Assembly: GCA_951406725.2 (NCBI GenBank)
Contig: OX597815.1
Coordinates: forward strand, 45,880,001 to 45,944,000
Direction of reading: 5' to 3'
DNA length: 64,000 nucleotides
Source of the DNA: Octopus vulgaris
Taxonomy: Eukaryota
Below the pieces are notes generated by a model that worked only from the letters and a program-made list of their open reading frames with translations, did no database searches and was not told the DNA's origin. Of the stretch, positions 53,027 through 64,000 are shown in pieces. Both the position numbers and the translations under genes were made by a program. The first letter of the stretch is position 1. Each line of letters starts with the position of its first letter.

Positions 53027-56000
53027 AATGTCGGTGTTTAAGCACGGATTTGACCTGAAGATTAATTGTATGCATCTATCATCTTACGTTATTTGACATT
53101 GTATTACCTACAATTTATCTACTGATCACTTCCAATTCATTCTTAGTATAATATGCTTAAATGAGGAGCCCAAATAAAATCGAAGTATACCCATTGTTTT
53201 CCCCCACACCAAGCAATTGGCCGAGATTATCGGAGTTACCTCCCTTATTCGTTTTTCAACTCCCTGAATAACATGTCATACTCTAACCTTACGCGGCAAT
53301 TCCTTGGAGTATTTCCTTGAGTTGCTGAAACATAAATATCATTATAGCAAATATTATGTTGAATGCCACAGTTTTGCTTGTTACTTGCTTGACCTTAACC
53401 ACTTGAGCATGTCCCTTAGTGGCTGACAATATGTGTATCTCTGATTACGAGCAGGAGTTGTGGAGGAGCATGATATCCACATGTTGAAAGGGATTCTTTG
53501 GGGTTTGAATAAATGTAACAAAAGCAAAATTTGAAGGAAATATTAACCACTTTTCATACTTTCTAGGGGTAAGCGAATAGGAAATAACAGTTGCTACCCA
53601 AGGAAAAACATCATGTTACTCAGTGTTATTTTGTGCATGAGGAATCATGCAGTGGAACCTCATTAGTGACCAGGTCGCTGCTCGTGTGACAAACATTTTG
53701 ACACTAAATAATAAAATGTTTAAGTGAAGTTAACAGTCTTTGTGTGTTTTTTGAATGGCTAATGTATGCCTTCGGCACTGCATTCGAATTAATACAATAA
53801 GCACCAACCAATTATTGGAGTCGCTATAATCGACTTTTCTCTCCATCACCCAAACTTATTATGAGTGAAAATCGAGTGGTATTTGAAAAATGAGAAGAAT
53901 AGTGTCAACGTTACAGGCAAATATTTTGGGTATTGACACCAGCATTGGTAAATAATTAGAGACAAAAAGTAGTGAGTTCAAATCCTGCAATGGTTGCCTT
54001 TGCCTTTCACCCAATCCAGGGTTGATAAAATTAGTTTTAATTAAGTACTGTGATCAATTAGTAGTGTGATCAATACCTGGATCAATTAGTACTGTGATCA
54101 ATACCTTGTGAATGGCATCAGTCGACGGAAATCTGAAAAATCTCTATGTACAAGAAATAGTAGCTAAATATCACTCAAAAAAGGACAAAATGGATAATGT
54201 AATCTTAGACACCCACACTGTTTGTAGAGTCAGTAATTTTGCTAAGGTTCTGATAAACTGAAAATTGATACTTATTTAAATTGCTATGTAGATATAAATT
54301 TTTTATAATGATAATTTTACATAAAATACAAATTCATTTTTAAAATAAACTGACTAAACACGAAATTTTAGAAAACCGACTGAAAATAGATTTCTCCTTT
54401 AACTTAATTCGACAATTCTTCGAAGAGCTGAGTAAATTAGTCGAACGATAAAAATTTATTTCTTTACGTTGCAATGGGAAATAAAATATTTCATGTATAA
54501 AACAAGTCGGATGTGCCTATATTCTCATTTAAATTGATAAAATGAAAGGAGACTAGATGTTTTCTGGATTAAAATTCCTATAAATGGAGTCAAATTCTTC
54601 ACGACAATAATCTTGAGTATTAAGATTTTAAAAATAAAACTTGAAGGGAGTAAATTTAAATTTAGGATAAGCGTATAAAACTGTTATACAAACACTGAAG
54701 AAAATAGACATGCCTAGCTAAATATAGCTATGGTTAAACATGTATAAGCTAGCACTTCGAACGATGCCAAATTGATAATGTGGTGGCTAATCTCCTGCAA
54801 CAGCCTTGCTGCAAACCAGTTAAACAATTTGTAAGTTTGTTGATCAAGTGATTTAGACTTTGTTGTGTAGTTGAATATTTTCTTAAGATCCCAGCGAAGT
54901 CATCTATCTTTAGAAAAATGGGGAAAGAGACATTGATTTTAACTTCACTTTGCAGTATCTCTCAGGTCTGATTAGGCCATTACACAAAATTGATTTAGCT
55001 GTATTTTTTTTTGTTGGTCCAGTGAAACAAAGAGAGGAATTTGTGTTACATAATGAAAGTGAGAATGGGTAGGTCAGCATAAATGACTTGTAGGAGAGCT
55101 GTTATATGGGAGGAGTCGGGGAAATTACATTCTTTAACGACAAGTCATTGTTTGAGACAGTTTAAAGATGTGAAAATGTAAATAAGTAGCGGATTCTGGG
55201 GATTAGTCATGAAAAAGTTAGACATTGATCAACATTCAGAAGTGGCTTGAAATTTGTGAAAAGAAACACATTTTTCTTCACCCGACAGTTATATAAACAT
55301 ATTAGATAAAAAAAATCAATCCTTTATAGACGGGGGCGGAGGGGGGCAAAATATTACACTTCCTGTATAAATTCCTTCTTTCTTTTCTTTCGCGTTCACA
55401 CGCTAGAACTGTGTTTGTTCGAATGAAAGGGTAAAGTCTATATCAAATAATGTGTACACTTAAAGATTAACCCACTAACAACCATCTTATACACAAATAT
55501 TACAAAACTTGCTAAATTAAAACCCATTATAGCAATGTTATATTTAACATTTCAGATACATCCGGCTTTAGCTTTTTTTTCGCGCCCGTAATGTATTGAT
55601 TAAGAATAGATTTAAAATAAACAAAAAAAAATCGTTTCTATTTCATGACTTTATTCCAATACATTTGAAGTTACGTAATGTTGTACATTTATGATGTTCC
55701 CACCAGATCTTCACACTGTTAGTAATCCACCTCTAATTTGTCTTGTCAACATACTGTCTGGTAATAGATCCGTCGACTCTAAAATAGCTTTTCGGAACTG
55801 ATCTCCCTTGTCGTCAAGGTCTCACTTAACATTATATTTATTTCTTATACAGATACACGCTCTGAAATTTTGTGTGTGCATAGGATACGCTTGCGAGGCA
55901 CTCATGTCTTTGTGAAGGGCTTTACGGTATCAAATCAACGAAATTATATTGCTTTGATCAAGAATCGAAACTGGTTTTCATAACCATCTGTAAGCTTTGC

Positions 56001-56443
56001 CTCACACTATAGCACTCGCCTCTCGTTTATATCATCTTATTTTATCGCCTTAACTCCACACAATACTGGCGATTTAGAAGGAAGGAATAAAATGTAACAT
56101 CTTTGCTTTCCCCTTGAGATAATTGGTGTTGGTAAAATTAACCGAAATGTTTATTAACAGGAATCAAAATTGGATTACGAGTTTGTCAAGCCAAGTTCCT
56201 TGCTTCTACGGATCTCACTCAACCAGTATATAAAGCAATATAAATACATTAAATATTTTTCCTGATGATTCTGCAATTAAATATCATTTGAAAAGTAGTT
56301 CTATAAAATACAAGAAAATAACTTAATAGATCGGCTAACCAGTAATATTTATTATATTTTGTACATGGTCATCGCTGATCCCTAACTCGCCACACGCAGA
56401 CCCTTTAAAATGAATGCAATGTTTAACATGCAGTGACAAATCT

Positions 56444-59410
56444 AAGGCGACGAGCATAATCGTTACTTTACCGGTAAAAATGATTAGCGGCATTTATTAC
56501 GTTCTGAGTTCAAATGTCGCCGAGGCCGACTTAGCCTTTCATCCCTTTCGAGATCGATAAAATAAGTATCAGTTGAAGTAATCGACTTATCCACTCCTCC
56601 AAATTGCTAGTCTAGTGCCAAAATTTGAAACCAGTATACAGTGACAATGTTAACATTTCTATAAAACAGTAGACTTGACTAAACAGCCATTTTCTTCCCT
56701 TTGAACGTAATACATTTTTATCAAAAGTTTATGAAAGTCTCGTTTTCAACAAATTCTCTTAAGCATTTTCCAAAAATGTGAGGATCTATAGCTTAACTGG
56801 CAGTAGTGGTTAGGGTGTTGGATTCATGATCGTAAGATTGTGGTTTCGATTCCTGGAATGAGCGATGACCGGGTGATACGTTGTATTCGTTAGCAAAACA
56901 CTTCATTTGACGTTGCTCCACTAAGCTGGTGAAATGAGTAATCCTGCGACGGACCTGCGTTCCGTCCAGGGAGAAACATATACAGCAGAGAAGCTGGAAA
57001 ACCGGTTCTATGCTCCTTATGGAGTAATGTAAACTAACCATAACTGAATTTGCTACTACTTGATTAAGATTCAAGTTTCAAGATACTGAAGACTAAACAG
57101 TTTCACAATTCTCGCTTCAAGAACGTTATAAAGAAACTCATTTAATAACGTACTCCACTCGGCTGCCATATTGGTAGCAAATTCAAGAAAAAAAATATCA
57201 AACAATTTATCATTTAGGCACTTTATATAAATGCAAAGTTAAATGTTGCAATGAAAGCCAGTGACGAACAAGCGGCTATTGAAGAATAATCAAGGGTTTT
57301 ATCTTGAACTGTATCTGTAAAGCTCAGTTATAGCTCCTCATGTTTTAGGAATATGTTTAGGGAAATTTGTAGAAAACGGGAGATACGTAAACTTTTGACA
57401 AAAATATATCACATTTCCTGGAAAAAATACAAAGCAGTTCAGTTGAGTTTTATCACTGTTTATACATATTAACTTTTGTATCTTTATATTATAATTCATT
57501 CATATATCAAGAAAAAGACAACTTTATACAAGGTTTTAGTGAGAGAGTTTTTCTCTGACGGCCAAGGACTTTCTTGAAACGTTAGGATTCTCAGCTCCCT
57601 GCAGCACATGAATTTTATCTAAATATCCAAGCTTTACTAAAAACTTTTTGATGAGCTTACCACTACTAGTTTCTTCGAATTCTATTTTCATTTAATATAA
57701 GGTTCATCATTCTCTAATGATAGTATTACCTTTCTGAAAGGCAGTGAGCTTGCAGAATCGTAAGTAAGCTAATTCTTCGCAGTATTTCGTCCGTCTTTAC
57801 GTTCAGTGTTCAAATTCCGACGTGGTCGACTTTTCCTTTCCTCCTTCGGAGTTAATGAAGTAAGTGCCAGTTGAACACTGTGGTCGATGTACCAACTTCT
57901 ACCCTCCTCAAAAACTGCTGGTCTTGTGGCAAAGTTTGAAACAAATATTATCTTTCTTAATCACAAGACTCATTGTTGTATAGTTTGTGCACATCTACCG
58001 AAGATGATCTATCCTTGGGTACCACCTTAGGAACATTTAAACTAGTAATAACACTTATCAAAATATTCATAAATAAATTTATTACATCTTTCTGCTTATA
58101 TTTTGTCATTTATAATGGTTCAAAATACCTCCAGTGCCTCCATATCCCATGCACCTTTCTAAGTGTGTGCCTGTGTATATATACATGTACATTTAGTCTG
58201 TTTTAAATATTTTTTGGGAACAACTCTTGTAAGAAAGAGTTCATATATAAATGTGGAAACTCCTATATCCTTAAATATGATACGTAAGTGTGACTTGCTT
58301 TTGAAATTTGTCATTTTCTGTTCAGTTTTATTGGGTATTGCCGTTGAAAGAGCTTGGTTTACAATTTTTTGGTAGCTATATTCTGTTTGAATTTTGTTAT
58401 GTGAGTGCTTCTTCCTTATTGTAATGCTGCTCTATAGCCTCAAATAGCGAGATTTATCAAATGGCTTCTTTGCTTTTAAAACCTTACTATTTTTCTAATT
58501 TAATTTGTTGTCTGGAGTACCGTTCAATAATGGAGTTAGTGGTAGAAATCGAACAAAATGTTTAGCATATAATATTTAGTTATGCTCTGTATACTCTGAA
58601 CACGTATTCCATGGAAGTTGACATTGCTCTACATACCCTTTGGTTAGCTGATAAAATGAATGCTAGCTATGTTTAGAATCGATAAAGTAAACACCAACCA
58701 TATTGCCGAGTCCATTGATTCTGCAAATCCACCGCTCAAAATAGTAATCATTATTGTTTCTAATATTGGTTTAAAATTTTGGCACAAGGCCAGCAATTTC
58801 GGGAGATGAGGTAAATCAATTACATCGACCCCAATGCTCAACTAGTACGTTATTTTAGCAATCCCGAAAAGATAAATGGCAGAGTCGACCATGGTGGAAT
58901 TTGAACTTTGAATGTAGAGCCAGAGGAAATGCTGCTGAACATTTTGTTCGACGCACTAACGACTCTCATAGCTCGCTGCCTTAGATAAAAATAATTGTTT
59001 CTAATATAAGCACAAGGTCAGAAACTACAGGGAAGGGGGGTGTCTATAAAGTCAACATTAGTAACACTTATTTTATTGACTTGGAATGGTGAAAGGTGAC
59101 CTTCCCTCGGCAAGAATTGAACACAGAACTTAATTGAAAAGCTGAAAGGTATTTTGTTTGACATTTATCGATTTTGCCGGTTCAACGCATTAAATAACAA
59201 TCCTTTATAACATAGGCACAGGACCAGAAATTTCGGGGATGGATATGGACGTTTAAATTGCCCCAGTTTTTCACTCAATTGATATTTATTTTCTCGGACC
59301 CGAAAGGATGTAAGGTAGGTCAACTTCGGCAGAACACTGAACGTAGAGCCGGAGGAAATGCCGTTAAGCATTTTTTGCGACGTGCTAACGATTCCGTCAG
59401 CTTGCCACCT
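56444..59410. mobile_element. Cluster of diverged SINE family B copies (56444-56633 +, 57738-57945 +, 58755-58982 -, 59200-59410 -)
   Basis: Recognisable family B heads and Deu/Nin-like cores, separated by unique AT-rich DNA. Confidence 0.7.
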
Positions 59411-62400
59411 TTGCTGCCCTACTAATGATCATAAAGTCATTAGGGCATAAGATACAATGCCCTGTTTCGACTCTCTGCACTCTGCCTTCAAATTTGCTCG
59501 TACGTCACCTTTGCCGTTCCTTTTTCAAGGCCGATAAAATAATGTAGCTGTCTGTTTAATTGGCTGACCACTCCTAATGTCTGGCCTTGTACTTACGTGA
59601 GAAATCATCATTATTATAATCATTTAAAATAGCTCACTCTTTCATTACATATTTAGAAGTGTCATCATCCTGTGCCTCTTGCCGAAGAATACAATCTATT
59701 TCTTCAGAAAACTTCTATGAGCCTAGATAAAGGTATAAAGCGAAAGCTAAGGCTTTAGATTTTGTATTTTATTTTATTACTAACTAAAAACTAATTAACA
59801 GGTATTGGTAGGAGTAACGTAACTTATAACAAACACTGAATGAGCACAAAAACAATTTTGCATTATCAATAACACACATACCAGTAATTCGCCGAAAGAA
59901 ACTGGTAACATGTACATTGACACTTCTAATAATCCATATATCAAGATGTTGTCTCACAAAAAGGAGGCAGCAGTAGCAGCAACAATAACGTTATTGGTGA
60001 AGCTAGTGGGACTGTTGACAATTAGACAAACACTGAAAAAAGATTTTCACATTCTTGTTAAATGATAACAAGGATTATCGGAATGCCGCTTTTAGCAAAA
60101 CACTCCTTACATGACGTTAGAGAGAGAACCCCTAGCTCTTCGGATTAGGGGAAACATTCCACCTTGGACTTGAAAACAATAGCAATAGTCTTCAAGGAAA
60201 GTTTTGCTTAATAACTATCGAAACAATCTTTCTTGTCACTTATGGCTGATATGTCGTCTTGAACTTCCTCCTTCAAAGCGTTAAAACCTACTTCACAGGC
60301 GGAGCCATTTAAAGATGGATAAGGAGATTAAACAGTAAATAAAGAATATGTTGAGAAAATAACATAACAGAGAGCTGAAGTCATTTTAAAAATATTTTTG
60401 AATTTTCTTTCTTTTGATTTTTGCTTTTGGATTGAAATAAATAAAATACGAACAAAAAGTGGAGTATTTGATATTTTTTAAAAACAATTTGTCTTTCAAA
60501 GGAAACAAAATTATCAACATTTTTATAAAGCTGTAGAATAAGATTTCTTTTTTGTTTTTCTTGAAGCTTTTATCTCAACAATGTTAATACTCTGCAAATT
60601 GTCAATGAAGTTTGTAATGTTATCTTTTTATCAAAAACCGCGTTTTATTCATAATTTTTGTTTTCTATAGTACATCTTAAGGATCATTTCCATTATTTAC
60701 ATTATTTTCAACCTTCAGTAAATTCTAAACAATTATTCTTTTTTGTATCTTTTCCGGAAATGGTGTTTATTCTTATATTGACAGTTAGATCTTTAATGTT
60801 TCAATTGAAATCATTTATAAAGGTTACAAACCTTGAATAAAGATTATAGCAACGGAAGTTACTGACTAATCAGATTGAAATCATTGTTTTATGAAATATA
60901 ACAATGAAATTTAGTAAAATAATTAACGTAAAACAAGAAGTCTTTCTTTTTGTGAAGTTGAATTATGTAATTTACAGGAAAACCATACTAAAAAAATTGT
61001 TTATTTCATACAATATTATATTTTAAAAAGAAAGAAGAAATGACACCTATTTAATACGTAAAAAGATAATTTCAATGCAAGCAATATTAAACATGTTGTA
61101 TACTGAAATAAGTTAAAATGTTTGTAGATATCTAAGTTTTTGTCATTGTAGCAATTAAATCATACTCGCACATTGTTATATTCACATTTACATTATTTGT
61201 AGATTTAAAAAATCAATGTTATAAAAGATTTTCGTTGTGCACCTATGATCTTCTTTCTGATACATTACTTCTGTACATAACAACTTGATGTAAAATAATA
61301 ATAAAACTAAATTTTTATGGTTACTATGACTCTATCATGATACAAATTGTTTGTTTCGAGTAAGCATACATGTCTTTATACATTTACTGTCTTATTAAAA
61401 AGCTTCTAAAATTTTCTCCCGTGGCTTACATGGTGAATCGGTTTTGTTACTATACAGGTCGCTATACTTTTGAGAAATAAAGAAAACAAAAAATGATCTG
61501 CGTTGGTAAAATCTGACCACGAAGTAGCAAGTGCTAGAACTTTGAATAGACAAAAAACATATTTAGCCAGTAGGTTATTGCGGGCGGAAGCTCACCATTT
61601 GCAAAATTATGTCTTCTGACACATGATCGATTAAATCATTCACATATGAAACTGATACAAAGCTCATAGACAAATTCACCTGAAGTGAAATTTGAACCCC
61701 GAACAAAAAAGGGATGTAATTGTGGGAAAAAACCCACTAAAGCGGTAAATTAGCAGAAATGCCGGACGATATGCAGAGCGTTTTTTCTGGATTCAAATCC
61801 CCGCCGAAAACAGCCTTGCCTTTCCACCTTGCAGAGTCGATAAATAAAGTATCAATCTACGGTGACGGACGGGCATTATGATTACAAAGTCGGACGATAG
61901 TGGATTTTGAGTTATTTCTTTCGGCTCTTTGTATTATGAGTTCAAATCACACCGGTACTTACAAGACACGGCAGAAGACACTGGAAGCGTCTCACACACC
62001 TGTAACTAACAATAGTTAGGATTAGAGTGGCCCATGATATTCAGCTGGTTGCGTGATGATGATGTAACTACTATAATTTAAGTGAGAATGAATAGAAATT
62101 TGTACGAGCATCTTTCCTCGCAATGTCATTAACAGAGACAATAAAGTAAAACAGATAAAGTCAATCACTCATATGGTTCGATTGGTGTTTAACTCTTATT
62201 CTACAAAATTTTACTACTACAACTAAAGCAGTAAAAATTGACAAATAACAATCCAACGGAGACTGCTACGTGATCGCCCGACCTTCTAGATAGGAGCGAA
62301 GGCACGTGTTCTAGTGGTAAGGAGGTTCAGTTCCTGGACCGAGTGGTGTGTTGTATCATTGAGCAAGGCACTTCATTTCACATTGCTCTACTTTACTCAG

Positions 62401-62719
62401 CTGCAAATTAATACCAATCGGTGCTTTGTTTCCAGCTGTAACATCCTGGATATACCGCTGGATAAAAAAATTCTAAAATAACAGATATCAAACTAAATGG
62501 AGTTACTGCATGATCCCCCGACTCGCTAGCAACCAAACCTCCTGTCATAGTTGGTCACGTAGGTCTTCTTGACTAGAGTAGCTCTCGGACTAAACAGCAA
62601 TAACAGCAACAACGAAAAATAATTTATTTAGCCAAGACAGGAGGCAAAGAGGATCGAATATAAAGGGAGAAGTTATAGTGAATTGCATTTGGTTATTTTA
62701 CCTGGAATCATAAACAAAT

Positions 62720-63142
62720 GGTCTCAAGCATTTGTCTTATGAAGAAAGGCTGAAGACGCTCGACCTTTATTCTCTAGAAAAACGACGACGCCGTGGTGAT
62801 CTCATTCTTGCTCACAACATCATAAGCGGAAAGTGTAACCTCTCTAAAGAGCTGTTCTTCACTCCTGCTCCAGAGCGTCGGTTGCGGGGTCATTCCGAAG
62901 AGCTCTATCTGCGACGATTTCATCTCAATCGAAGGAGAGGGGCTTTCTCCGTCCGGGTTGCGGATCCGTGGAATAAGCTGCCGGACGAGATAGGGAAGAT
63001 GCCGACGACCGCTCCGTTCAAAGTCTCCCTTGACCGGAAATGGCCTGAACTCTTTGCATGAACACCGCCCTGTACATAACTCCATGTCCCCCTACATGGC
63101 CTTGCTTTTTGCTTTTTGAGCCAAAAAATTAACTTAACTTAA
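62720..63142 (+). mobile_element. 5'-truncated CR1-clade LINE (ORF2 C-terminus and 3' UTR)
   Basis: GLKHLSYEERLKTLDLYSLEKRRRRGDLI...RLRGHS..L....HLNRRR..FSVRVADPWNKLP...FK.SLD is the classic CR1 tail. The frame is intact and ends in (AACTT)n repeats. Confidence 0.92.
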
Positions 63143-63864
63143 ATACTGTGAAGTGTCAGTTAGCATTACTGGGCTGCAACTGGAATTGTTTTTATTGATG
63201 ATATTTACCATTATGGTTGCTGTTTAAAGGACTTTTATTTCTCCAAATTCAGTGAGTTGTGGCCTTGCTATTTTGATCTGGATCATATTTTATAAAATGT
63301 TTATACAACTGATTTCTGAATATTTGTTATTCTAACAGAATACCTCTATTTTATTAAAATCTACTCCCTGATTCTTCTGGGGAACTCTCTGCTATAAAAT
63401 TGTGGCCAAGTTATTATGATTACAATAATGTTGTTTATATGAAATGATAACGGAACGTGACTAGAAAATTATATAAGCATTAACAGTTGCATCAATTTAG
63501 AAAGAATGAAAGGCAATACTACAATTTCTCCATCGCTAGATTTACAAATAGATGAGAAAATTCATATGAATTCAACTTCCTAATCCAATCAACTTATAAT
63601 TTCGAAAGCTACCTTAGCTATAAAGAGAAATATTATTTCTTGTAAATGCATTAAAAGCTCTGTATATCACCCTTGTGGACATCTAAATCATTCTATTCTA
63701 GCTCAGCAAAATGCAAGCAACATGATGCTAAACCGCAATGAAAAGTACGTGGTAATGACCATATAATAGTTAACATCATTTCATTTTCGACATCCTGTCC
63801 TACTTTCTCTCATAGGTCTCTATTCGTGCTAAGTCACATTGAACAACTGATGAAGGAATTTGGC

Positions 63865-63960
63865 ATACTTATTCTATCAGTCATTTTGCCGAGCCGCTAA
63901 TTAACGGGAACGTAAACACACCAGCATCGGTTGTCAAGTGATGTTGGGTTGACAGACAGA
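63865..63960 (-). mobile_element. SINE family A fragment
   Basis: tacttattctatc...gtaaacacaccagcatcggttgtcaag. Confidence 0.7.
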
Positions 63961-64000
63961 CCGACAGATAGACAAACAGACAGACAGACAGACATACACA

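Noticed and set aside
55750-55771. Similarity to miR-8/miR-200 mature sequence (atactgtctggtaatagat)
   Set aside because: Seed start mismatched and no complementary 5p arm or hairpin upstream.
62105-62133. Minus-strand NDIA motif
   Set aside because: Wrong side of the TAAHC exon and followed by RKDART rather than hydrophobic residues.

Overview
AT-rich, repeat-saturated eukaryotic DNA, very probably from an octopus/cephalopod (inferred from the SINE and microsatellite landscape, not from a database match). Most listed ORFs are translations of microsatellites or SINEs. One convincing host coding exon is present: a minus-strand trypsin/chymotrypsin-family (S1A) serine protease exon (IIGG...TAAHC, 21039-21216) that the ORF track missed. 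The rest is four or five tRNA-derived SINE families, fragments of R4/Dong, RTE, CR1, L1/Tx1-like and Penelope-like retroelements, a Helitron, a mariner derivative and hAT-type MITEs. An ~8.5 kb near-identical duplication straddles a 100-N gap and is probably two haplotypes. The most interesting signal is a series of type I hammerhead ribozyme motifs in several unrelated Penelope-derived or microsatellite-embedded elements. One is canonical (36867-36957, duplicated at 45525-45615) and one carries a U3-A8 compensatory core (30701-30775). Also notable are a TIR element with a ~310 bp internal palindrome and a haplotype-specific ~200 bp templated insertion. Repeat boundaries were read by eye and are approximate.
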